Notes: generated by a model not told the origin, from the sequence alone. Numbered from the stretch's first letter, positions 13,960 to 24,531 are shown. The stretch: DNA of 33,050 nt from Candidatus Eiseniibacteriota bacterium (GCA_044867365.1 JBIOUT010000046.1:1-33050); one strand, 5' to 3'. Numbers and translations: made by a program.

Positions 13960-16374
13960 GTGTCGGGCTCGAGGGCGGTCACGGTCTTCGCCGCTCTCGC
14001 CTTCTTGCTCTTTCTCGGCAATTCGGGTTGCGGAGCGTCGGGAGGTGAATCCCGATCCGGCGCGGGGAGCTGGATCACCATCCTCCACACCAACGACATT
14101 CACGGCGAGTATCAAGCACGACCCGGCGAAGCGGGCGCGGGTGGAGAGTCTCGCGGCGGCTTCCTCGCCCTCGCCGGCACCGTGGCCAAGATCCGCGCCG
14201 CCTCGACCGTGCCGCCCTTGCTTCTCGATGCCGGCGACCTCATGGCGGGGACACCGCTCACCGCCATTTCCCGCCAGGGGGTGGAGGGCGGTGGTGCAAT
14301 GGAATTCATGAACGCCCTCGGCTATGACGCGATGGAGCTCGGCAATCATGAGTTCGACCTCGGGCGGGAGAATTGTCTCCGCCTGATCGGATTGGCCAAG
14401 TTCCCGGTCCTCTGCGCCAATCTCGCCGAGCGTGAAAGCGGCAAGCTCTTTGCACCCACCGCGCATGTCGTAATCGAACGCAACGGAGTGCGAATCGCCG
14501 TGATCGGTCTCATTCTCGATGAGCTGCCGACGGTTGTGGCCAGCGAGCCAATCGCCGGTCTCGAGGTCCGCTCGGGAATCGAGGTGGCGCGCGCCGAGGT
14601 TCGAGAGCTGGATCCAATCAGCGATCTGATCGTTCTCCTGGTCCACCGCGGGCTCGATGACAGTCGCGCGCTGGCCGCCGCCGTGCCGGGGATCGATGTC
14701 ATCATCGCCGGCCATGATCATAAGCGCACCGCAAAGCCGATCGTCGAGTCGGGAGTGCTCATCGTCGAGGCCGGAAGCCGGCTCGAGGCGCTCGGCCGTC
14801 TCGACCTGCGAGTGGCCGATGATCGGGTGGTCGAGCACCGCTATCAACTCCTCGACCTCCCGGTCTCGGCGGAGAAGGCGGCGCCGGCGGCAATCGCCGC
14901 TCTCTATCACGAGATCGAGACGGCGATCGAGGCCGAGTACGGGCAGGTGATCGGCGAGCTGACCACGCCTTTCGTTCGCGACGACTATGGGGAGTCCAAT
15001 ATCGGCAATTGGGTCACCGATGTGATGCGGGAGGCGGCAGGGGCCGATTTCGCGGTCACCAACTCCACCGGTCTTCGAACCGATGTCGACGCCGGGCCGC
15101 TTACTCGGGGCGAGATTTATCACATCTCTCCGTTCCCCAACGTGCTCGCCACCTTCGAGGCGACCGGTGCGCAGCTTTTGACGTTCGCGTGCAAGAATGC
15201 GCGAGGCGCACTGGGCAAAGAGAAGGCGATTGTTCAGATCTCCGGGATCTCTTATGCCTATGACCCGAACGGCGAGGTGCACGATCTTCGAGTGAGGGGC
15301 AAACCGGTCGATCTCGAGCGGTCGTATCTGGGGACGTCTTCCGATTATCTGATCTTCAGTCAGCCGGAGAAGTACCTGGGGTTCATCCCGGCGAGTCGAC
15401 AGCTCAGGACTGAAAAGATCTTCGATCTCCTGTGCGACGCCGCAGCCCGCCAGAGTCCGATCTCGGCAAAGGTGGAGGGTCGGATGCGAGCCATCCCTGC
15501 GCCACCGAAGGCGTCTCCTCGCGGGCGGGCCTGTCAGCCCGACTCGCTCCGGCTCTCCAGTCTGCCGGCGATTCACACCCTCGATCGAGCCTCGCTCGAT
15601 CGCCTGCTCGCCGATCTTCCCGGCCGGGTTCCCGGATTCGAGGACCGGTTGCGGGCGCTGGCACTCGCTCGTCTCGGCGCCCCCTACAAGCTCGGCACCC
15701 TTGGCGAGGGAACCGGCGAGGATCCCGATCCGGTGTTTCGTGTGGATGAGGCCGATTGCACCGTCCTCGTCCTCACCACCGTCGCCCTGGCCAACGCCCA
15801 CAGCGTCGAAGAAGCGGAGCGATGGATGGGCCCCGCCAACTATCGTCGCCAGGGCGATTCGTTCCCTGAAACCTATCGGAACCGCCTTCACTTCACGTCC
15901 GACCGCATCACCTCGTCGCCGCTCTTCGAGGACATCACCTCCGAGGTCGCCAGGCCCAACGATCGCAAGACGGCCAGGGTCTTTCTCAATCGACAGAAAT
16001 CCGGCAAGGAATTATTGCCGATCGGTTGGGAGCATGAGGTCCTCCTCACCTATGTCCCCGCCAATCGCCTGCAAGCGGTGCTCGCTCGCGCGCCCGCCGT
16101 CTGCGGCATTGCTTTCGTGCGCCGGAGCAACTTCCCCAAGGGTCTCGATGTCTCGCACGAAGGATTTCTGCTCGACGGTTGCTGCCTTCTTCATGCTTCT
16201 TCCGAGAGCGGCAAGGTAGCTCTCGTCGATGTGCTCGACTACGTGTTCCGGGCCGGTGATTCGGATCCGGCGCGCGCCGGTCAGCCGCGTTACGATGGGG
16301 CGATCCTTTACTCCTTCCGTAAAGGGGCGCCGTCTCTCATCGCCCCGCGACACGGCGGGGTGGATGAGCCATGA
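13960..16374 (+). CDS. Exported (lipoprotein-like) bifunctional protein: UshA-type 5'-nucleotidase/metallophosphoesterase plus C-terminal DUF1460 (NlpC/P60-like amidase) domain
   Basis: GTG 13960 lies 2 nt after the thyX-like stop. Signal sequence SGSRAVTVFAALAFLLFLGNSGC. Metallophosphatase motifs ILHTNDIHGE, DAGDLMAGT, LGNHEFD, IIAGHDH. 5'-nucleotidase C-domain GESNIGNWVTDVMRE...FAVTNSTGLR...GEIYHISPFPN. C-terminal LGAPYKLGTLGEG...VDEADCTVLVLTTVALA...YRNRLHFTSDRI...DITSEV...VSHEGFLL matches my memory of DUF1460. The tracked ORF 13504.. is over-extended into the previous gene. Confidence 0.8.
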   Translation: MSGSRAVTVFAALAFLLFLGNSGCGASGGESRSGAGSWITILHTNDIHGEYQARPGEAGAGGESRGGFLALAGTVAKIRAASTVPPLLLDAGDLMAGTPLTAISRQGVEGGGAMEFMNALGYDAMELGNHEFDLGRENCLRLIGLAKFPVLCANLAERESGKLFAPTAHVVIERNGVRIAVIGLILDELPTVVASEPIAGLEVRSGIEVARAEVRELDPISDLIVLLVHRGLDDSRALAAAVPGIDVIIAGHDHKRTAKPIVESGVLIVEAGSRLEALGRLDLRVADDRVVEHRYQLLDLPVSAEKAAPAAIAALYHEIETAIEAEYGQVIGELTTPFVRDDYGESNIGNWVTDVMREAAGADFAVTNSTGLRTDVDAGPLTRGEIYHISPFPNVLATFEATGAQLLTFACKNARGALGKEKAIVQISGISYAYDPNGEVHDLRVRGKPVDLERSYLGTSSDYLIFSQPEKYLGFIPASRQLRTEKIFDLLCDAAARQSPISAKVEGRMRAIPAPPKASPRGRACQPDSLRLSSLPAIHTLDRASLDRLLADLPGRVPGFEDRLRALALARLGAPYKLGTLGEGTGEDPDPVFRVDEADCTVLVLTTVALANAHSVEEAERWMGPANYRRQGDSFPETYRNRLHFTSDRITSSPLFEDITSEVARPNDRKTARVFLNRQKSGKELLPIGWEHEVLLTYVPANRLQAVLARAPAVCGIAFVRRSNFPKGLDVSHEGFLLDGCCLLHASSESGKVALVDVLDYVFRAGDSDPARAGQPRYDGAILYSFRKGAPSLIAPRHGGVDEP

Positions 16375-16883
16375 GCCAGGTCGCCTATGACCCCCTCCGT
16401 GGCCCGGTTCGAGTGACCATGGACCAGCGGCTCGGGGACGGGAGCTGGGCCACCGCCGATGAAGTGGCGATCGCCTGCGACGAGCGCCAGGTGCTGCATG
16501 TGCTGCGCGACATGGACGGCTATTCGAGATGGTGGCCGTGGATGAACGTGCGCTTGCTCCTGCACACGCCGGTGGGTGTGGGTTCCGAAGGAGTGATGTC
16601 CATCGGACCACTTCGCCGCCCGTGCTGGCGCTTTCGTGTTGCCGAGATCCGGGAGCCTTGCTTCATCCAGTACGACTTCCGCGGCGACCTGGTGGGAAGA
16701 GCGGCGTGGGAGATCGAGCCCCATGGAGCGCTCACCGCCGTGCGCTTTTGCTGGTATGCGGTACGGCCTACCGGCAGGGTGGCCAGGTTCATGGTGCGCC
16801 TGTCCGAGGTGAGATGGCATCATCTCTGGGTGCGGATCGGGCTTCTGGGGCTCAAGGCGCGCCTCGAGCATGGCGGACGGTAA
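16371..16883 (+). CDS. SRPBCC (START/polyketide cyclase-dehydrase-like) superfamily protein
   Basis: ~170 aa with the typical ...VLHVLRDMDGYSRWWPW... and ...GRAAWEIEPHGALTAVRFCW... pattern. ATG overlaps the upstream stop as ATGA (16371-16374). Confidence 0.65.
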   Translation: MSQVAYDPLRGPVRVTMDQRLGDGSWATADEVAIACDERQVLHVLRDMDGYSRWWPWMNVRLLLHTPVGVGSEGVMSIGPLRRPCWRFRVAEIREPCFIQYDFRGDLVGRAAWEIEPHGALTAVRFCWYAVRPTGRVARFMVRLSEVRWHHLWVRIGLLGLKARLEHGGR

Positions 16884-16896
16884 AAGAAGGGTGAGC

Positions 16897-17478
16897 ATGA
16901 AACCGCCTGCAGAGGACATCCGGCATGCTTACCTGACCGGACAGGGCGTGTATTTGCGGGGAGCCACTCCCGAGGATGCCGCGGTTTGCGCCCCCTGGTT
17001 CAACGACGAGGAGGTGAATCGCTATCTCCTGGTCGGCCGCCGCCCGAATACGGTCGAGAACTCGCGCCAGTTCTTGGCGCGGGCGATGACCTCCAAGCGA
17101 GATATCGTCTTCGCCATCATCGAGCGGGAGACGGGACGTCACATCGGCAACACCGGTCTCCATCGCATCGATCCCATCTTCCGCAGCGCCGGCTTCGGGA
17201 TCGTGATCGGGGTTCGCGACTGCTGGGGCCGCGGTTACGGCACCGAAGCGACACAACTGGTCACCGACTATGCCTTCGCGCGCCTCAACCTGAATCGGGT
17301 CGAGCTCGAGGTCGCAGCCGAGAATCCGCGCGCTCGCCGGATCTACGAGAGAATCGGCTATCGCGTCGAAGGGACGCGACGCGATGCCTTTTATGTCGAG
17401 GGCCGATATCTCGACGCGGTGATCATGGCGATCCTCCGCCGCGAGTGGGAGGCCCTCCGCAAGCAGCCGCCGAGCTAA
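16897..17478 (+). CDS. GNAT family N-acetyltransferase (RimJ/RimL-like)
   Basis: LRGATPEDAAVCAPWFNDEEVNRYL, IGNTGLHRIDPIFRSAGFGIVIG...WGRGYGTEATQLVTDYAFARLNLNRVELEVAAENPRARRIYERIGY. SD AAGAAGGG lies 6 nt before ATG 16897. The alternative ATG 16870 would overlap the upstream gene by 14 nt. Confidence 0.85.
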   Translation: MKPPAEDIRHAYLTGQGVYLRGATPEDAAVCAPWFNDEEVNRYLLVGRRPNTVENSRQFLARAMTSKRDIVFAIIERETGRHIGNTGLHRIDPIFRSAGFGIVIGVRDCWGRGYGTEATQLVTDYAFARLNLNRVELEVAAENPRARRIYERIGYRVEGTRRDAFYVEGRYLDAVIMAILRREWEALRKQPPS

Positions 17479-17525
17479 GACTGGCCATAAGAGCCAAGCG
17501 GTGATAGCTCACACGAACCCGACGA

Positions 17526-18626
17526 TCACGCAGGGGTTACGAACGGGGGCGGAAGGACTTCGGCTTCCGCCTCCGTTTTTTCTTGCCCGATCTCGACGCG
17601 GAGATGCGCTCCGGGAGAGCCTTGCTCGAGCTCGACGTAGGCGAGCGCCAGGGGAGCGCCGCCCAATCCCGGCGAAGAAACCGCGCTTGTTACGCGTCCC
17701 ACCTCGGCTCCATCGGCGGCAAGCACCCGGCTTTCCGGAGGGGGCATGACTTTTCCCGACACGCGGAGACCGCGCAGCCCTCGTTGCACCTTCTGATAGG
17801 TGTTGAGCCGGGCGACGACCTCCTGTCCGGTGTAGCACCCCTTGGTGAAGCTGATCGCTTGACGCAGCTCGGCTTCGAGCGGGTTGAAGCGCTCGCTGAG
17901 CTCTCGTCCGGGGGCCGGTAGCCCAGCCTCCACACGCAGAATCTCTTCGACCTCGGCGCCGGTCGGCCGCAAGCCGAGTGCGGCTCCATGGCGAACGAGC
18001 GCATTCCAGATCTCTGGCGCATCAGAACGAGCGCAGATCACCCGGAATCCCCGGCCGGCGAGTGGCTCCGCTCCCCCGGCGAGGACGGGCCGACCGGTGA
18101 TCTCGCCCTGCCGATGATCGCGGCCGCTCAGATCGTCGGCGCCGACCCCGGCTGCGGCGAGCACCTCCGCGGCGGCCGGCCCGAAGACGCCGAGCTCGGA
18201 GGTATCGGAGCTCACGTCGGTCGCCGTGACATCTTCCATGAAGACGAATTTGGTGATCCAGCCCATGACTCCGGCGGAATTGGAGCTCAGGAGCGCGAGC
18301 AGGAGATGATCCTCGAGGACGAGGAGATCGAAGAGCTCGATGATCCGGCCCTTGGGAGTGAGGAAGAGATCGGGCACTCCTCTCCCCGCGGCGAGGGTGT
18401 GAACATCGTTGGTCGAGAGTCGATGGAGGAGATCCAGGCGGTCACGACCAGCCAGGCGCAGCCGGCCGCGGTGGTTCCGGTCGATCACCACCGCCTGGCG
18501 GCGAGCCGCCCAGTACTCGCCGAGCACGTCGCCGTAATGGGCGGGGCGAGATCCGCCGTGGGTGGTGGCGGCGAAGGTCGCCCCGGAACGGCGGTGGATA
18601 TCATCGAGGGTAACGGTATTGCTCAT
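17526..18626 (-). CDS. ygfZ: Folate-binding YgfZ/GcvT-family protein (aminomethyltransferase-like)
   Basis: Signature FTKGCYTGQEVVARL, plus a GcvT-like N-terminal half (YWAARRQAVVIDRNHRGRLRLAGRDRLDLLHRLSTND). ATG 18626 is preferred over the track's TTG 18683, which would overlap the divergent Rieske gene. Confidence 0.8.
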   Translation of the reverse strand: MSNTVTLDDIHRRSGATFAATTHGGSRPAHYGDVLGEYWAARRQAVVIDRNHRGRLRLAGRDRLDLLHRLSTNDVHTLAAGRGVPDLFLTPKGRIIELFDLLVLEDHLLLALLSSNSAGVMGWITKFVFMEDVTATDVSSDTSELGVFGPAAAEVLAAAGVGADDLSGRDHRQGEITGRPVLAGGAEPLAGRGFRVICARSDAPEIWNALVRHGAALGLRPTGAEVEEILRVEAGLPAPGRELSERFNPLEAELRQAISFTKGCYTGQEVVARLNTYQKVQRGLRGLRVSGKVMPPPESRVLAADGAEVGRVTSAVSSPGLGGAPLALAYVELEQGSPGAHLRVEIGQEKTEAEAEVLPPPFVTPA

Positions 18627-18673
18627 GGTGATCTCGGCCAAGTATAGGCGGTTCCCAAGTCTCCCATGATACG

Positions 18674-19003
18674 ATGCTGACAACCGCGATGAAGACCTTC
18701 ATTCGAGTGGCCGACGCGGCCGAGATTCCGCCGGGGACCGGCAAGCACGTCGAGGTGGGCGATCATGTGATCGCGGTCTTCAATCACGAGGGCCGCTTTT
18801 ACGCCCTGGACGGGACCTGTCCGCATCAGGGAGGTCCGCTTGGGGAGGGTTATCTGGACGAGCAGGGCATTGTGACCTGCCCCTGGCATGGCTGGCAGTT
18901 CCGGGTGGCGGATGGCGAGTCGCCGCTCTCTCCGGCTCTTCGCGCCCGAGCGTACGACGTCGAAGTGCAGGACGGTCAGGTCCTGGTTGCCGTTGAAAGC
19001 TAG
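18674..19003 (+). CDS. Rieske [2Fe-2S] ferredoxin-like protein (NirD / oxygenase ferredoxin component-like)
   Basis: CPHQGGPL ... CPWHGWQF, the two Cys-x-His Rieske boxes with typical spacing. 109 aa. Alternative start ATG 18689. Confidence 0.88.
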   Translation: MLTTAMKTFIRVADAAEIPPGTGKHVEVGDHVIAVFNHEGRFYALDGTCPHQGGPLGEGYLDEQGIVTCPWHGWQFRVADGESPLSPALRARAYDVEVQDGQVLVAVES

Positions 19004-19019
19004 GTCGATGAGGTGAACT

Positions 19020-19421
19020 ATGGCGATCGATGACATGAGCACCGCATCCCAGAGCCGAACGGCTCTGCTCGTGATCGGAAATGTTTTCTTCAGTTCCCGC
19101 CTCCGAGACACGCTCAAGCATCTGGGAATGGGCGCGGTCTCGGCGCGATCGGAGGCGGAGATCGCCTCCGCCATCGAGAAGAGCCGGCTGAGCCTGGTCA
19201 TTGTCGACCTGTCCATCGCCACTGTCGACGCCGGCGCTCTCGTCCGCCGGCTCAAGTCGACCGAGGAGACGCGCGAGCTACCGATCATCGCCTTTGCCGG
19301 TCACCTGGAGGGCGGGCGATTGGAGGCCGCCGCCGAGGCGGGAGCCGACCGGGTGGTCACCAACGGACAGATCTCGGCCAATTTGCCCGAGATCCTCGCC
19401 TCGCTCGGCGTTCATGCTTGA
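19020..19421 (+). CDS. Stand-alone receiver (CheY-like) domain protein with degenerate active site
   Basis: (beta-alpha)5-like pattern: LLVIGNVFF / LSLVIVDLS / LPIIAFAGH / GADRVVTNG. The Asp in VIVDL is retained, but the acidic pair is GN and the conserved Lys position reads N. Confidence 0.6.
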   Translation: MAIDDMSTASQSRTALLVIGNVFFSSRLRDTLKHLGMGAVSARSEAEIASAIEKSRLSLVIVDLSIATVDAGALVRRLKSTEETRELPIIAFAGHLEGGRLEAAAEAGADRVVTNGQISANLPEILASLGVHA

Positions 19422-20262
19422 GCCCGTTCACCACGAGCGATTCTCCATTCCAAGCCGCGACGGTTACCCGCTTCGGGGCGACGTGCGTTACCCCGAAGGG
19501 TTTTCCAGCGGGCGAGCGATCGTCGTCTGCCACGGGTTCAAAGGATTCAAGGACTGGGGCTACTTCCCGGAGCTCGGCGCCGAGTTGGCGCGCGCCGGCT
19601 ATCTGGCAGTTTCATTCAACTTCTCCGGGAGCGGGGTCGGTCCTGATCTCGAGAACTTCACCGATGTCGATCGCTTCGAGCGTGCTACCTTGAGCGGCGA
19701 TCTCGATGACCTGGGACGCATTCTCGATGCGCTGGCCGGAAAGCTCCCCGGACCGCGAGCGGCGGCTCCCTTCGGCCTTCTCGGCCATTCCCGTGGCGGG
19801 GGAGTCGGGGTGCTGCGAGCGGCGGCGGACGACCGCATCGGATGTCTCGTCACCTGGTCGGCAGTGGCACGGTTCGATCGTTGGGACCGCGAGGCCCTGG
19901 AACGCTGGCGGCAGCAGGGTTTCACCGAGGTCTTGAACGCCCGGACCGGTCAGGTCTTTCAGCTGCGCGCCGATTTTCTCGACGATTTCGCGGCCCATGC
20001 CGCCGATAGGCTCAATGTGGAGCGATGCGCGAGCCGGCTCACCATCCCCCATCTCGTCGTTCACGGAACCGCCGATGAATCGGTGCCGGTCGATGAAGCG
20101 CTGGCGCTCGCCAAGTGGGGGAGAGGCGAGCTCCATCTCATCGACGGCGCCGGTCACACCTTCGGCGCCGTGCATCCGTTCGCCGGCAGGACACCCGCTC
20201 TCGATGACGCCCTCGGCTCGACCGTCGCCTTCTTTCGTCGCCACCTGACCCCTGCGCCCTGA
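19414..20262 (+). CDS. Alpha/beta hydrolase fold protein
   Basis: VVCHGFKGFKDWGYF, nucleophile elbow LLGHSRGGG, VVHGTADESVP, DGAGHTF. ATG 19414 overlaps the receiver gene stop by 8 nt. The tracked ORF 19201.. is over-extended. Confidence 0.82.
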   Translation: MLEPVHHERFSIPSRDGYPLRGDVRYPEGFSSGRAIVVCHGFKGFKDWGYFPELGAELARAGYLAVSFNFSGSGVGPDLENFTDVDRFERATLSGDLDDLGRILDALAGKLPGPRAAAPFGLLGHSRGGGVGVLRAAADDRIGCLVTWSAVARFDRWDREALERWRQQGFTEVLNARTGQVFQLRADFLDDFAAHAADRLNVERCASRLTIPHLVVHGTADESVPVDEALALAKWGRGELHLIDGAGHTFGAVHPFAGRTPALDDALGSTVAFFRRHLTPAP

Positions 20263-20330
20263 GCAGCCCCCGGAGAAGCGGCTGCCGGCGCCAAACCCGG
20301 CGAGTGGTTCCGCCCGCCGGCTCCATCGCC

Positions 20331-20336
20331 TATAAT
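20331..20336 (+). promoter_or_regulatory. Perfect TATAAT -10-like hexamer placed so that a typical +1 coincides with the A of ATG 20343 (candidate leaderless start of the radical SAM gene)
   Basis: cgccTATAATgccgccATG: 6 nt separate the hexamer from the ATG. No SD. The -35 region (ttccgc, 20308-20313) is poor. Confidence 0.3.
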
Positions 20337-20342
20337 GCCGCC

Positions 20343-23054
20343 ATGTCGATCTTGGAACGCTCGATCAAAGCTCAACGCCCGGCCGGCGCTCCTACTGCGT
20401 GGGAGCGAGTCGAGATCGAGCATTTCCTGGCGCTCGTCGAGAAGCCGCAGCGCTACGTCGGAGGCGAGCGCCATGCGCTTCGCCGTCCACTCACCCCCGA
20501 TGCGGTCAAATGGGCGCTTTGCTTCCCCGAGGTCTACGAGATCGGCATGAGCCATCTCGGGCTCAAGATCCTCTATTCGATCCTCAATGGGCTGCCGGGA
20601 TCGACGGCCGATCGCGCCTACTGTCCCTGGGTAGACATGGAAGCCGAGATGCGGCGCCGTGGGGTGCCGGCCTTCGCCATCGAATCGCGGGCGCCGCTCC
20701 GCGCCTTCGACATCCTCGGGTTCTCGCTCCAGTACGAGCTCACCTACGGCAACGTCCTCACCATGCTCGATCTCGCGGGGATCCCGCTCTGGTCGAGCGA
20801 GCGCTCCGGCGGCGATCCGCTCGTCATCGGGGGCGGCCCCTGCATGGCCAATCCCGAGCCCATCGCCGACTTCTTCGACGCCTTCCTGATTGGAGACGGC
20901 GAGGAGGCGGTCGTGCCGATCAACGACGTCGTGCGCAGCTACCGCGGCGATCGCCCGCAACTCCTGCATCAGCTGGCCCGCATTCCGGGGGTCTATGTGC
21001 CCTCGCTCTATGACGTGAGCTATCACGACGACGGCACGATCGCCGGTTTCCATCCTCGTCATTCGGACATTCCCGAACGAGTCAAGCGGGTGTGGATCGA
21101 GAATCTGGCGGAGGCGCCCTTCCCGATCGACTCACCGGTGCCGCTGGCGGAAATCGTTCAGGACCGTCTGGCGATCGAGGTGGTGCGCGGCTGCACTCAA
21201 AGCTGCCGCTTCTGCCAAGCCGGTTACTGGTATCGGCCGATCCGCGAGCGCTCGGCCGATGAAGTGACGAAGCTGGCGAAGAAGGGAATCGCGAGCGGCG
21301 GCTGGGATGATGTGAGCCTGGTCTCGCTCTCGACCGCCGACCACAGCCAGGCCCAGGAAATGGCGCGCAAGGTGACCGACGCGCTCAAACCGCAGCAGGT
21401 CTCGATCAGCTTGCCGTCACTTCGCGCCGACAGCTTTTCGGTGGGATTGGCGGAGGCGGCGGGCGAGGTGAAGAAGAACGGCTTCACCTTCGCGCCGGAG
21501 ACCGGCTCCGAGCGGTTGCGTCGGGTCATCAACAAGAACATCACCGACGCCAATCTGCTCGATGCGGTGGAAACCGCCTATCGGCGGGGATGGAACCTGA
21601 TCAAGCTCTATTTCATGATCGGTCTTCCCACCGAGACGATGGACGACGTCGATTCGATCGTCCAGCTGGTCAACAAGGTCAATGATGTCGGCAAGCGGGT
21701 GGGCGGAGGCAAGCGGGTCAACGCCTCGGTCGGGGCGCACGTGCCGAAGGCGTTCACCCCTTTCCAGTGGGAAGGGTTCGAGAGCCTGGAGAGCCTGGAC
21801 GCGAAGCTCGCGCACCTGAAGCGCCGGCTCAACAATCGCTTCGTGCGCCTCAAGTGGCATGATCTCCGGCCGTCGTTCACGGAGGCCGTCTTCTCGCTCG
21901 GTGATCGGCGGGTGGGACGGGCGCTTCATGCCGCCTGGCGGCGGGGAGCGCGGTTCGACGGCTGGGGGGAGAGGTTCGACTGGGATCTGTGGATGGGAGC
22001 GTTCCGCGAGGTGGAGATCGATCCCCACTTCTATACCCGGGCGCGCGGCGTCGATGAGATCTTGCCCTGGGACATCCTCGATCCCGACATCACCAAGAAG
22101 TTCTTGCTCCGGGAACGGCGCAAGGCGTTCGAGGAGCGGCTGACCAACGACTGCCGCTGGGGTGATTGCCACATGTGCGGCATCCCGGGGGCGCCGGACG
22201 ACATCCGGTTGTCGGTCGATCGACGAGAGGCGCAAGGAGTCGCCGGACGGATCGGGCTCGACGGCAATCCCATCCCGCGCGCCGGGTTTGCCCGCCGCAT
22301 TGCGATCACGCCGGCTCCGCTGTCAGCTCCATCCATGCCAGTAACGATGGCGCCGGTGGAGGCCCCGGTGGCTGTCAAGGAGCCCACTCCCTCCGAGAAG
22401 ACCGTGCACATTCGGGTCTGGTATCGAACGGGAGAGTCCTTGCGCTTTCTCCCGCACGGCGATCTCATGCGCGCATTTCATCGCGCCTTCCGCATCGCCG
22501 AGCTGCCGGTCGTGTTCAGCCAGGGATTCACGCCGCGACCGCGCGCCGCTTTCGGGCCGCCCCTTCCGGTCGGGATCACCGGCGCCCGCGAGGCGATGGA
22601 TCTCGAGATCGTGCCGCCAGTGCCTGACGATCTGGTGACGCGCCTTAATGCGGTCATGCCGGATGGTCTCGAGGTGTTGGAAGCATCTCCGTCGCCGGAA
22701 GGGCCGGCCCTTGCTGCGGCGGTCGTCGCCGCCGACTACCAGGTGGCGCTCCCACGCAACATTGACATGACGCAATTGTCGAAGCGACTCGCGGCATTCG
22801 ATGCGGCGAGCTCGATGCCGGCCGCCAAGGAGCGGCACGGCCGCCCGGATCGCACCATCGATCTCAAGCGAGCGGTGCTCGGAGCTGGACTCACGGGGGG
22901 GCAAGCAACGTTCCAGCTGGCAGTCAACCGCGCCGATGGGCACCAGGCCAATGCCCATCTCGTCTTGAGTGCGCTCTTCGGCCTCGACGAGGACCAGGTC
23001 GCCGCCTGCGCCGTGGAACGCGTCGCCCTCTACGACGCCGGCGGTCGCATCTAG
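20343..23054 (+). CDS. B12-binding-domain radical SAM protein (TIGR03960-type) fused to a DUF2344/TIGR03936-type C-terminal domain
   Basis: VEKPQRYVGGE near the N-terminus, radical SAM cluster RGCTQSCRFCQAGYWYRP, FAPETGSERLRRVINKNI. The C-terminal module RVWYRTGESLRFLPHGDLMRAFHRAFRIAELPVVFSQGFTPRPR is typical of DUF2344. Start ATG 20343 (the track begins at GTG 20304). Confidence 0.85.
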   Translation: MSILERSIKAQRPAGAPTAWERVEIEHFLALVEKPQRYVGGERHALRRPLTPDAVKWALCFPEVYEIGMSHLGLKILYSILNGLPGSTADRAYCPWVDMEAEMRRRGVPAFAIESRAPLRAFDILGFSLQYELTYGNVLTMLDLAGIPLWSSERSGGDPLVIGGGPCMANPEPIADFFDAFLIGDGEEAVVPINDVVRSYRGDRPQLLHQLARIPGVYVPSLYDVSYHDDGTIAGFHPRHSDIPERVKRVWIENLAEAPFPIDSPVPLAEIVQDRLAIEVVRGCTQSCRFCQAGYWYRPIRERSADEVTKLAKKGIASGGWDDVSLVSLSTADHSQAQEMARKVTDALKPQQVSISLPSLRADSFSVGLAEAAGEVKKNGFTFAPETGSERLRRVINKNITDANLLDAVETAYRRGWNLIKLYFMIGLPTETMDDVDSIVQLVNKVNDVGKRVGGGKRVNASVGAHVPKAFTPFQWEGFESLESLDAKLAHLKRRLNNRFVRLKWHDLRPSFTEAVFSLGDRRVGRALHAAWRRGARFDGWGERFDWDLWMGAFREVEIDPHFYTRARGVDEILPWDILDPDITKKFLLRERRKAFEERLTNDCRWGDCHMCGIPGAPDDIRLSVDRREAQGVAGRIGLDGNPIPRAGFARRIAITPAPLSAPSMPVTMAPVEAPVAVKEPTPSEKTVHIRVWYRTGESLRFLPHGDLMRAFHRAFRIAELPVVFSQGFTPRPRAAFGPPLPVGITGAREAMDLEIVPPVPDDLVTRLNAVMPDGLEVLEASPSPEGPALAAAVVAADYQVALPRNIDMTQLSKRLAAFDAASSMPAAKERHGRPDRTIDLKRAVLGAGLTGGQATFQLAVNRADGHQANAHLVLSALFGLDEDQVAACAVERVALYDAGGRI

Positions 23055-23069
23055 GCGCGCCGAACTCGA

Positions 23070-24521
<1,452 letters not shown>

Positions 24522-24531
24522 GGGCCACGGG

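Noticed and set aside
13954-15891. 645-aa minus-strand ORF
   Set aside because: Antisense to the 5'-nucleotidase gene, whose metallophosphatase motifs are unambiguous. It has no recognisable domain of its own.
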